A stretch of DNA of 64,000 bases, taken from Callorhinchus milii. Taxonomy: Eukaryota. Shown here piece by piece: positions 13,127 through 24,410 of the stretch. Each line of letters starts with the position of its first letter. Position 1 is the first letter of the stretch. Made by a program: the position numbers and the translations under genes. The notes under the pieces are model-generated. The model was not told the origin of the DNA, ran no database searches, and worked only from the letters and a program-made list of their open reading frames with translations. The DNA lies in contig NW_024704742.1 in NCBI RefSeq assembly GCF_018977255.1, forward strand, positions 122,142,001 through 122,206,000. The letters run 5' to 3'.

Positions 13127-13445
13127 GGAGTCCTGTAGCTCAGTGGTTAGAGCACTCGCTTCGCAAGCGAGAGACCTGAGTTCAATTCCAGGCAGGGCGA
13201 AACCTTGGGCAAGTTTCCTTACTCCACACGCCTAATAATAATCCCTCCAAAAAACAAAAACAATAATTAAATTGGTCATTTTCAATCTATGACTGTTTGT
13301 GGGACATTGCTGTGCGCAATTGGCTGCCGCGTTCGCCCACAAATATACAGTCAACTCACTTTACAGTATATTCTGTGAAGCGCTTTGGGACGTCCTCCCG
13401 ACGTGAAAAGCGCTATATCAAATGCAAGGATTATTATTATTATTA
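13127..13445 (+). mobile_element. Young tRNA-Ala SINE, short (internally deleted) subfamily
   Basis: The head is joined directly as ccacacgcc|taataataatccctcc. Nearly identical to the copies at 31842, 36329 and 50359. Confidence 0.95.
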
Positions 13446-13630
13446 GAGCTGGTGAAGCCGAGTCCTATTGGCTTCTAAAATGAATTGGACAAAACAATGA
13501 AGACAAATATTGAAGAATAACAGCATAGAGCAGGAATTAGTGCAGATAACTCTATAAAAGTTAGCACCAGCAAAGACATGATAAGCCAAATGGCCTTCTC
13601 TTGTGCTGTAAAGTTGCTACGATTCTATGT
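13446..13630 (+). mobile_element. CR1 LINE 3' end fragment
   Basis: ggtgaagccgagtc...gaattggacaa...agccaaatggccttctcttgtgctgta...attctatg. Confidence 0.55.
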
Positions 13631-15179
13631 CCAATCATTCAATACAGTAAAATAACACCTAACTAAATATATTTGAAACATCCTCGCAATGTGACTGATA
13701 AAAATAACAATCCTTGCAATTGATATAGCGCCTTATCGTATTTTCAAGATGTCTCAAAGCGCTTCACAGAATATACTGTAAAGTGAATTAGTGTATATCT
13801 TGACTGTAAGACACTACACCAACTGCAAGGATTGTTATTATATTGTTTCATAATTCACATGCAAAGGATGTTTCATCAGCATGCACCTTTTCCTGTTTTC
13901 TATTTTGGTTTGGGTTGAATTGCTGAACAAATGATTAAATGGGCTGTTGTTACAAGGTTTTGCCAATTGCCTTTTTTTGTGTAGTTAAAATGCTTATCCA
14001 AGCAAACCCACCCTGCACGTTCTGCATTTCTCTCTGTTCAACTGTAGCGGAAAGTTGTTCTATTGATATACGAAGCTTTTCGTGCTGCTTGACAAGCTAA
14101 ATGCAGGACTGGGTAATGCAGAAATACAGGATCTTTGTGTTGACAGTGATATAGGAGCCGTGGGTCTGCAAGTTTCTCATACTATCATTTCCAGCCTACG
14201 TACTTTACGGTGCATATTGCATACAGAATAACAGATAGGCGGGATTGATTGCAAAGCAGAAGGGTAATTTTGGGGTGAAGGAGGTTGGATGACATCAAAA
14301 CCTGTTAGAACAAAGCTCAAGCAATTTATTATAGTCATCTGAACCTTGAGATTAGATTACAGGCTTGGAAGGACTCCCAGGTATCTGTGATGTTTAGAAT
14401 ATGAAGTGTTTGTATTTTATTCCGATTATTTTTCTTTTTATGGTCCATTTGTCTGTGAGCAGCAAATGATCGTATGGACACCAACTGTTAGTGTTTTCTG
14501 TGTCCTTGATGTGACAGTTTATAATGTAATAAACAAATGTTTATTAAGAAATATGATTAAAGACACTTATTCAATGTTCAGTGCATACCATAATCAGGCT
14601 TTTCACCAGATAGCCAGTATGTTTAGACAAAATGCCTCCAGAAGTGTGTTACAAAGCTTGTAAAGAGAGAAAAATGCTTATTATCTCCCCTCTCTTATCT
14701 GATTCTGCATTTTAATTGGTAACAAGAGAAAACTATGTAGTAATCGAAGAGAAGCCAGTCACTTTTGAAATTGTGAACCTGTAATTATTTTCCTTCCTCG
14801 ACTCCATTTTATAGACAAACAGGACAGACCCCAGACATATAACCTGAAATTACTTACAAAAAAGAATTCCGTCCCACACAAGCGCCAAACACAATTGCAC
14901 CATGATGCAAAACATTTGTGTCTTTCTGCTTCAGTAGCACTACTGGCAGATCACAAACTGCTTTAGAAAGAGTTGAGATTATAGGCAATGCTGTTGTGGT
15001 TTAACACCCAGTCGTAACAGTAGAAAGGAAATTCACAAAAGCACCAGAAAGCATGGAACAGAGCTCCCCAGTGGTTTTCATAACTAAAGCTCCTGAACAG
15101 AGTGAAACTGAGACCTGGACGACCTCCAGTCCTGTTTTTAATTTGTACTGAGTTAGCTAATCTAAGACAGGCAAGTAGT

Positions 15180-15726
15180 TCCCTCCAACTCTTCCCTCCA
15201 CAAGCTACGGATCATCCAGAACTCTGCAGCTCATGTCCTCTCCCGCACCAGGCTCCATGACCCCATCACCCCACCCTCGCCCGACCCCACTGGCTCCCCA
15301 TCCCTCAGAGGATAGAGTTCAAAATCCTCATCCTCACTTTCAAGGCCCTCCACGTCCTTGCCCCCTCCTACATCTCTGACCTGCTGACCCCCTATCAGGC
15401 TGTCCTCTCCCTCCGCTCAGCAGGCTCTGGCCTGCTCCATGTTTCCCAACCAACCCGCCCAACCATCGGAGGCCGGGCTTTCAGCCTCACTGCTCACACC
15501 CTTTGGAACTCCATCCCACAATCCCTTCACCTTGCTCCCTCTCTTGCCTCCTTCAAGGCATGACTCAAGACCCTCCTTTTCGACTGTGCCTTCAGCTGCC
15601 ATCCTACATCTCTGCCCTTCCTCATCCCTACCCAGCCCTCCCACGCTCGAGTCCTGATCCCCATCTATTCAGCGCCTTGGGACATCCTCCGGACGTGAAA
15701 GGTGCTTTACTAATGTTGTTGTTGTT
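15180..15726 (+). mobile_element. L2 (LINE2) 3' fragment
   Basis: Encodes HWLPIPQRIEFKILILTFKALH...LAPSY...GGRAFS...LWNS, the L2 ORF2 C-terminus. Ends with cagcgccttgggacatcctccggacgtgaaagg...(ttg)n. Confidence 0.9.
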
Positions 15727-16079
15727 AGCTGACTGGAGATAGCCTCTATTGCCTCTGAGCTAGTCATGAGAAAATCTGCCAGGTTTCCCTCTTTAGCTCG
15801 CAACAGTGACCCAGTTAGAAAGTGTACTTGGTATAGATATAGGGAGAGGTTGTGCTGTTTATGTCTATCTCCTCATTACAACCGAACAAATTAATTCACT
15901 GATATTTTCTGGGCTCAACAACAACTTGATTTAAAATAGAATTCTTCATGCCGGACGGCATCTCGTAGCGCTTACATATTAAGAACAAATAAAAGAGCGG
16001 TAAGATTGCTTCTGCTGGTGTCAATCAAGGGTCAGGAGACCGCAAAAGAGGTTTGGATGAATAAGGCCCTTTGGCCCAA

Positions 16080-16300
16080 AATAATCTTTGCATTTGATAC
16101 AGCGCCTTAATCCAACATTGAGATGTTCTCAAAGTGCTTCACATGCTATTGTGTAAATAATAATAATATTGTGTAAAGTGAAGTGACTGTGTATTTTGTG
16201 GGTAAAATGCGGTAGCCAGTTGCGCACAGCCATGTCCCACAAACTATCGTGGAGTGAGTGAACAATTTTATTTGGGAGATTGTTGGCCAGAACCTATTGA
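16080..16300 (-). mobile_element. SINE 3' fragment
   Basis: Reverse-complement tail ataatctttgcatttgata and gtcccacaaac. Confidence 0.7.
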
Positions 16301-16654
16301 ATAGTGCCATCAAAATCAGAATGAATTTGTCTAATTTTTTTAAACATGAACTGAGCACAAAATTTCTCGTCAATCAACTATATTTTATTTCTTGATGAAG
16401 CTGTCAAAATGAATAAATAAACAAGGCAATAGTGGGGTTCCATTTTAAAGCAAAATAATCTACATCATCTAGTTTTACTGATCTAACATTTGCATTGCCT
16501 TCATCTGTTCGAATATTCTTCTCACCTGCAAAAGAGACATTTACAGGGTTCTCCACTGTTGACCTACTTTATGACCCAGAATCGTCTGATACACTTGTAC
16601 AACGCCAGTAATGGGTGTTACAAGCACCACACAGTTTGGGGATGGAAGGCACCT

Positions 16655-16902
16655 GTGCAAGTGTTAAAGATCCCTTATGGCACTGTTTGAAATGAGAAGG
16701 GAGTTTCTCCTGGTATCTTGGTCCAACAATATCAATATAATTGGTTGTTCATTTGATGGCTGTTTGTGGGATGTTGTGTGCAAATTGGCTGCCACTTTTG
16801 CCTACAAATGCATAGTCACTACACTTTACAGTGAATCCTGTGAAACATTTGTGACATCCTCCAGACGTGAAAAGTGTTATATCAAATGAAAGGATTATTA
16901 TT
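16655..16902 (+). mobile_element. Old DeuSINE core and 3' part
   Basis: aaagatcccttatggcactg...ggagtttctcctgg...tttgtggg...ggattattatt. Confidence 0.75.
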
Positions 16903-17486
16903 AAAAATAACAATAATAGCATAACAGTAAAATCTCACCAACCCACTGTTAAGGCTACTTTCTCAGTTTGTCGTTTGTTTGAAACTAATTGTGATGAAAA
17001 TTGCAAACCTGTTAATAAGGACAGAATAATCAATAAATAACAGTTTATTGAGTGGCATTTCTTGTTTCCACTCTAATCCTCTTTGCTTCTCACCTGCAGC
17101 CTGGTATTTCTGTGCGCTCATCTGAAGTGGTTTTAGATGATAAAGTATCACTGACGCTGGTTAATTCATTGCCTTCAAATGATTTTTTTTTCTCTGATGT
17201 ATTATTGAAGATAGATTTTTATTTCATTCCTGCTTTGTTTTATTTATTTGAAATTTCTCAAGATCATAGATTTAAGACGCTGGTTGTAAAATTTAAGATC
17301 CTGTAGAATTTTGGAAAACTCTGCCTTAATTCTTAAATTTGTATTTCACAATTCTTAAAAAGAAGGTAGAGAAAAACTGCAGAGAGCGAACTTTTCAATT
17401 GAGACTGAGTTTAAGAATCTACGACTATGAGAAATTTCGGGTCTGATTTGTGAACACTCAGTAAATAAGTATGTATGCAGCACAAA

Positions 17487-17522
17487 CTAATACTGTCTTT
17501 GTTTTCGTTTTTTTAGGTAAGT
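17487..17522 (+). promoter_or_regulatory. Candidate recursive splice site (branch point, polypyrimidine tract, TAG|GTAAGT)
   Basis: CTAAT at 17487-17491 and an AG-free T-rich tract, then AG at 17515-17516 immediately followed by the consensus donor GTAAGT at 17517-17522. Confidence 0.65.
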
Positions 17523-17638
17523 ACATTGCTTTCATTAACCCTACATTTACGTGAAAGAAAATAAAGTTTTTCCTCCTGTGAGCTGTGGGGATAGGAACCA
17601 CTCAGGATCTTAAGGATGGAGAGTAACTGCTAGAAACG
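17517..17638 (+). other. Putative 122-nt RS ('poison') exon
   Basis: Runs from the recursive site to the downstream donor ACG|GTAAGA (17638/17639) and has stop codons in all three frames. Confidence 0.5.
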
Positions 17639-18689
17639 GTAAGACTTTGCTGGTCCATTCAGATTCCAGTCAAGATTTCCTTTGACCAAGTTTGTTTAAA
17701 ATGGTTTCAAGAACAAAGAGCATCTGATGGCAGTGAGAGAGCAGAAGAGATTCATCTGATGAGTATAGGAAATCTTAACCCTAGACTGCTCATCTATGGT
17801 GAATCAAAGGTCATTTTACAAGACAACAATTCTCAACTTTATTTGCTATCTTGGTGAATAACATTTAAATAAGGTCTATGGGGGAATCACAATTGTAAAT
17901 ATGCACTTTCAGCTGCATTGAACACTGGGTTAGCAATAGCAGTACGGCAGTCTCTTGTTATTTTTCTAATTTTTTACTCTTTTTGCCTTAATGTTGTTTT
18001 CCCCGAGAAAATTATAGGACTCTCTGGATCTCCCTCACAGAAATGATCTGTCAGCTATCTTGTTGCCTGTGATATTGCACACAATAGAGTGTACACTGTG
18101 GAAATTTAAAGAGGACATGCTCAATTAGGGAATCCGAAAGTACCTTGGGAACTTCCTCTGATGTGGTCTACGTTTGGATGGGAGTTTCCAGGAGTTCGAA
18201 GGAAGTGGGTGAAGGAGTCCCCATTTTACTTGATTAAAGAACCCCATTTAAAATTTCAGAATTATACATTTCAGTCCCCATATTCCTGCTGTATTTGCAA
18301 CTGGGAATCAAATGCTCCATATTTCTTGCATACTCCAGTTCCAAACTCCATGAAGCTCTGCAGTCCTTTACATTTCATATATTGAAATTTTATCAATTTA
18401 GTCAGTGATTAAATATTTACAGAGACAAAATTTACTAGTTTCTTCATCATGAACCACATAAAACATAGTGAAATCCATTATGCTACATTTCATAACTGTA
18501 CCTGGAAGTTTTGTTAAATAATATGTCGGTTTTTTGGTCCTTATTTAATGATATATGCTGCTCTCTGTTGTAGGATTAACAACAATCAGATACATAAATA
18601 AACCGGGATTGTTCTAGTTTGTAAGTAGAATTTATTGCTGCATTACCTGAATATATTGCTCTAAAACTATTTCGGATGACTGCACTTTA

Positions 18690-18920
18690 ACTGCATTATG
18701 GAGTGTTTGGATGTGGAATGCTCTGCCAAGTAGTATGGTGGAGGTGGAGTCTATTGTAGCTTTCAAGAGAGAGGTGGACAGGCATATGAAAGAGTGGGGC
18801 TTGAAGGAGTATCGGGATAAGGCAGGGCGGGGGAACTGAAGTGATCTCCTTGCTCTGTGAGCCTGTGCGGACTCAATGGGCCAAATGGCCTCCTTCTACA
18901 CTGTAGATTTCTCTGTTTCT
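18690..18920 (+). mobile_element. CR1 LINE 3' end
   Basis: tggaatgctctgcc...gtggtggagg...ttcaagagagaggtggacagg...atgggccaaatggcctccttct. Confidence 0.75.
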
Positions 18921-19003
18921 AATGGGCCAATTACAACAGCAACTGTGCATGTGCTCAGCTAACCAGCTCACTCCTCATAATCTTAAAAAATAGCTAACTT
19001 CCA

Positions 19004-19085
19004 GGTCATGAGATTGTAGCTGATATCACTCCTGTTTGCTGTGCATGCATAGCAGACAGGAAGTGATGGTGGTGACCTCATGACC
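19004..19085. repeat. Imperfect ~80-nt palindrome (hairpin)
   Basis: Outer stem ggtcatgag/ctcatgacc and inner stem atcactcctgtttgct/agcagacaggaagtgat, around a gtgcatgcat centre. Confidence 0.7.
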
Positions 19086-19559
19086 CAGAACACAAAATGA
19101 AGAATACTGAGAGTTGCAGTTAACGATAAGTGTGAGTAATATCTTATAATGACCCACCCGTGACTGGATGGTTTAATTTGCAGTAAGTCTCCTTGGGATG
19201 CCATAACACAGTAATTGCCGACGACTGGAGTTACCCTCTGGTAGTTTGGCACATTCAGGGCGTGACTTCTGACAGGTTAACGTGACGTACCTTTGGTTAC
19301 TAGAAGGAAACCCATTTGCACAACACAAGATTCCTTATTAAAGTTTAATATTGCAAGGTGCACCCTCTGTCAGCCCTGCTATTGAGGTCTCCCTCCCTCT
19401 TGGGACAAAGCTGACACTTCCAGTTGCCCATTGTGTATTTTTACACAGATGTGGGTGGGGTAATGGATCTGTCTAGTCGGAGGGGTGGGATGGGGTGAGT
19501 TGAGAGGTGGATGGAAGTTGAGTGGTAGTGTTGGATGAAGTTTATGTCATTTTCTTCTT

Positions 19560-19755
19560 AGACACTCTTCTTAGACATTCTCTTTGACCGTGCTTTCAGC
19601 TCCCCTCTCGACTCTCTACCCCCTCCTCGCTCCCTCCCTTCCCTCCCCTCACCATTTCCCCCCTGCCCGGGTCCTGACCCAACTGTCCAGCGCCTTGGGA
19701 CGTCCTCCCGACGTGAAAGGTGCTCTATAAATGGAATCTTGTTGTTGTTGTTGTT
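19560..19755 (+). mobile_element. L2 3' end
   Basis: ctctttgaccgtgctttc, a pyrimidine-rich spacer, then ccagcgccttgggacgtcctcccgacgtgaaagg...(ttg)n. Confidence 0.85.
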
Positions 19756-22700
19756 AGACACCATTTTCCATTTTCTGCGTACAATTACTTTTGCGTGACT
19801 GCACATCTTATTAATTCACTTTGCTTTCCTCTCAGTGCCAGACTAATTCCAGAACAATTCATTTGTTTACTAGTCTGCCTGCAGTCAAGCATGTATTTTA
19901 TTAGAAAAAATTAAATGATGAACAAAAACTATTTGGGGGGGAGGGAAGGGAGGAGAAGCCTTTGTTGTAACACACTGACTAAAACACACCATTAGTTTCC
20001 TTCAGTTTGCTTGGTGAACATGATTACGAAGAGATAATGTTTGGGATTATATTTTATTTTCTACTATCTTGGATTTGATTTGTATACTATAACAGTTCTG
20101 CTGTGGGACATTGGAATAGACAATAATAATATAAGCATATTTTCTGAAGAATGCTGAATGAGATAGTGAAATGAATAAAGCACGGTAGTCATATTGCTCC
20201 CTTATATCACGGAGAGCTAAACATGGTTATGAATTCTCTCCTAATCAGTGCAGTGCAATGACATTAATAATGGGAATAATGAAGATCATATTGTTAAAAG
20301 GTATACGCAGGTATGTACACAAATACCCTTTCTGGAATTAAATAGCAGTACATTGGGAGGAAATGTCAGAGGATGATTCATACTGAAAGCAATTTCTTGA
20401 ACACTTCACTCTTGGTCTCTACCACAATTCTTGCTGATGATTCAGCTTGGTACAAATAAATATTTCCTAATGTCGGTCCTAAAATTCACTGCCCAGAACC
20501 TATTGCCTTTTAATTGTTGGAAATATTATACATGGCTTGTTTTCTTTGTTCCATTGAGCATTTTTATACCTAACTCTGTAAGGTCTACTTTGAGACAGTC
20601 TTTTTGGAGGCTGCAGAACACTACTTTTTCAATCATCATCTTATTTTTGTTTTCCTGCCAACAATCCCACAGATAAATTGGTTATTCACTCAAAGGCTGT
20701 TGGTGAGCCTTGTTGTACACAAATTGGCTGTCACATTTGTCTTGAGGGGAATATGATACAATTGTGCAGTTATTATTAATAATAATCATAATCCTTTCCT
20801 TTGGTACAGCACCTTTCATATCACAAGGGTGACTCAAAGCGCTTCACAAGATATACTATAAAATATAATGAATGTTTATTTGTAAGTGAACAGGCCAGCT
20901 CAATGGTGTATAGCAGTGTCCCACAAACAACCATTAAATGAATATCTAACTTCATTTGGGAATTAAATATTCAATAGAAAGCCACTCTACTATGCTTCAT
21001 AATGTTATGTTGCTGAACTCCAGAAGTGATCAGTGTTCCTGATGTTCTGAATGTAAAATTCATTGCCTGTCTTGCCCTTTCACTATCAACCTGCAGAGGA
21101 CAGCATTTGATCTTTTCAAAAAAAATGTTTTTTGCGTTTCTTGTTTTGTCAGAATATGATTTTGATACTCTGTACCTTACAGATCATAAAACGGTGAAGC
21201 ATTTTAGCCTGGTCTGGGATTTTATTTGCCATTGTTTTTTTGATAGCTTTTCAAACAGCAAAAGAGACCAAATATTTTCTAAATCAAAAGAAGGGATATG
21301 TTGTCTCCCTGTCTCAATCTCTCCACTTTGCTTCCTCCTACCTCATCTTCAGATTGCATCTGAACATTTTCCTCTTCCATTTTCCCTTTCTCCCCAGCTC
21401 AGCATTAAGCTCCGCAAATGTTGTTATATTTATTTGCACTCAGCGTTATCCCAGTCAAAAATCCCAACCTTTGATCATTTCTACTGTTTATGAATACCTG
21501 TAAAAGTTTAAGTAAGTTATCTGATTGGGTCATGTTCAGATTATCTGCCATTTAGTTAACAGTGAGATTTATTAGTTCAAGAAATATTACTGTTAATGTT
21601 GATGCAGAACACTCTTCCCATTGAAATAGTAAACATTTGAGATGCTGTACAGTCAATTCACTTTACAGTACATTCTGTGAAGTGCTTTGAGACGTCTAGA
21701 AGACGTCTCAAAGTCAAATGCAAGGATTTTTATTATATTATTACGGTGAACAGTAAACCTCTTCGACACTGATAGATATCATCTGAGCAGGAAGATTTAT
21801 GTCTACAAAACAATCGCAATACTTGACAGCATAGATATAGGACAGAATAGCTGAAGAATTTATTCACAGCTTTTACTGTACAGTATGTGTTATTAATCTT
21901 TATTAACTGGACCATTTAACTGGGGTATGAGCATAATATTTACAGGTTACAAAACCAGGCTGTACTGAGTGCCTATTACACCAATCTGGATTCTGTGCAG
22001 TTACCAACTATCATGGGCGCTGTTGGTATGTATGGCTTCGAAAGCTAATATTTCAGGTTCATAAACATAAAATCCATTGTAAAAAGAAAAAATCCAATCC
22101 GATTTAAGATTTTGACAGCGTTCAAATTGGGAAGTGGTAAAAAAAATCAATAAAATAAAGTCATTTGAAATAGCACCTTTCACGTCAGGAAGATGTCTCA
22201 AAGCACTTCCCAATATATGCTGTAAACTGTAATGACTATGTATGTTATAGGCAATTGCGGCAGCTAATTTGCACACAGCAATGTGCCACAAAAAGTTATG
22301 AATTTTATTCTGGGGCCTTGTTGGTCAGTATTCTCCTAAATTAAATCATATTAAACCCATAAGATTCAATCATTATTCAATTACCCAATTGTGATTTCTT
22401 AAGTGATAGTTATGTTCAATTCTGTGGTCTGTTAAATAGTTAAGCCATATAATAGTTACTGTTAACCATTCCTGATGGCTTGATGTGAACATCAGCAAAG
22501 AAGAGGACCATGAGCTCCAATTGAAAGTGTTGTGAACTCGGACAACCATAAAACATTTACTGTTAAACATTCACATGTATTGACTTCTTGGTGAATAAGG
22601 ATGTTAAATCAACTGGTTGACCTTTTATTTCTGTGTCAAAAAACACTGCTGGATGAAATCTACATTGATTTTCTGCAATATGTGCACCAGTCACTGGATA

Positions 22701-22764
22701 GTGAAGCCTGTCATGCACTGAATTATTTCAACATATGGCAAACTGTGTGAATTAACTGTGCAAA

Positions 22765-23270
22765 TTGGTGTACCCCCAGGGGTTGGTATTAGGACCACTG
22801 CTCTTTTTGATCTATATAAATGGCATGGACTTGGGTATAGGGAGTACAATTTTCAAGTTTGCAGATGATACTAAGCTAGGAAAAATAGTAAGTGTTGAGG
22901 AGAGTAGCAGATTGCAAGAGGACATAGACAGACTGGTAAAATGGGAAAGCACATGGCAGATGAAGTTTAATATAGAGAAATGCGAAGTGATGCCTTTTCA
23001 GAGGAAGAATGAGGAGAGGAGATTGATGGCACAATCTTAAAGGGGTTGAAGGAACAGAGAGTCCTGGGGCTTAATGTAAGTAAATGTTTGAAGGTGGCAG
23101 GAAAGGCAGACAAAGCTATTAAAAAAGCATACAGGATACTTGTTAGGCCTAAACACTGGTTAGGCCTCAGCTGAAGACTGTGAACAGTTCTGGGCACCAC
23201 ATTTTAGGAAGGATGTCAAAGCATCCTGCCGAATGGCCTCCTTCTATGCTGTATAATTCTAATGTTTCTA
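22765..23270 (+). mobile_element. CR1 LINE RT and 3' fragment, frameshifted and internally deleted
   Basis: Translates to VxPQGLVLGPLLFLIYIN...FKFADDTKLG...LQEDIDRLVKW...WQMKFN.EKCEV and ends with gccgaatggcctccttct. Confidence 0.9.
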
Positions 23271-23562
23271 TGATAAACTTCACTTAATAAACAACAAATC
23301 TAGCAGCTAATTCCAACAGACACTATAATTTTTATAGCATGACTTTTGTGATGCATTTTCAGAGGTGCAGACAAGATACAACAGCTGGATTATTTGTCAA
23401 ATTGAACAGAACAATCGATGCCAAACTGTGAAGTACTTTGATGTAACTTTGAAGAAATTCAAAGACAGTAACACATCACGAGAGAAACCTGGCTAACATA
23501 TTTATAGTACTGTTTAGTATAGTACTGCTATATTTAAGAGTTTGAGACATCCTCTCGACATG

Positions 23563-23884
23563 AATAATATAATAATAATAATCCTTGCATTTGATATAGC
23601 GCTTTCCACGTCTTCTCGACGTCTCAAAGCGCTTCACAGAATAGACTGTAAAGTGAATTCACTGTATATTTGTAGGCGAAACGCGGCAGCCAATTGCGCA
23701 CAGCAGTGTCCCACAAACAGTCGTGGATTGAAAATGACCAATTTATTATTGTTTTTTTTTTTGGAGGGATTATTATTAGGTGTGTGGAGTAAAGAAACTT
23801 GCCCAAGGTTTTGCTCTGCCTGGAATTGAACCCAGGTGTCTCGCTTGCAAGGCGAGTGCTCTAATCACTGAGCTACAGGACTCC
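23563..23884 (-). mobile_element. Young tRNA-Ala SINE, short subfamily
   Basis: Reverse complement of a full element, ending at gagctacaggactcc. Confidence 0.92.
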
Positions 23885-24179
23885 ACAAAGTAGTATGAAA
23901 AGTAGTATATAAATGCAAATAATATTGTATTGTATATTGATCTCACCTGAATCCTTACTTATGTTACTGTTGTGAAACAAAATAAGTAACACAAATAGAC
24001 AGCAACACTCTGGGTGTGATTTGCTGATGTGATTTCCCTTTTTTTCCTTTTCCATTTTTTTTTGGCAGCTGGGTGTCTGACACATGCAGGGACCCATCAT
24101 CATACTTAAGAGAATCCAAACCAATTAAATGAGAATTCAATGAAATCCCTCCTATATATGGAAATTTTATTGAGATATT

Positions 24180-24410
24180 TATTGGAATAGAATGCGCACT
24201 CTTTCCCTAGAAGCATGCATCCTACTTACCTAATTCTGGAAAATATTAGGCGTAGAATGGCAAGAGCCAAGGTTCCAGATACTATTGGAGTCTAACCAGC
24301 TAAACCTGCATAGCTTGCTATTGAGAGCACTGCCTGTCAAGCTTTCCCGCTGCTTATCCACCGAAGACCACACTACCCGTTAGGGTTTTGGCTTGCAGGG
24401 TTAAGAGAAG
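24180..24410. repeat. Unclassified interspersed repeat (second copy at ~47925-48180)
   Basis: Both copies share ggcaagagccaagg...catagcttgc...ttcccgctgcttatcca...gttaggg.tttggcttgcagggttaa. Confidence 0.7.

Noticed and set aside
10900..14903. Possible minus-strand two-exon micro-gene (ATG at 14903, donor at 14857, acceptor at 11034, giving MVQLCLALVWDGILFYTYLMLCLQWCD...)
   Set aside because: The splice signals are plausible, but the ~53-aa product resembles nothing I know and such signals arise by chance in 64 kb.
16521..16545. Minus-strand CAG|GTGAG zero-exon-like motif
   Set aside because: Short pyrimidine tract, a weaker donor, and the opposite strand to the two strong sites; kept only as a background example.
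24030..24130. Strong + strand acceptor (tttttttggcag)
   Set aside because: All frames hit stops within about 65 nt and there is no nearby donor, so it cannot be supported as an exon.
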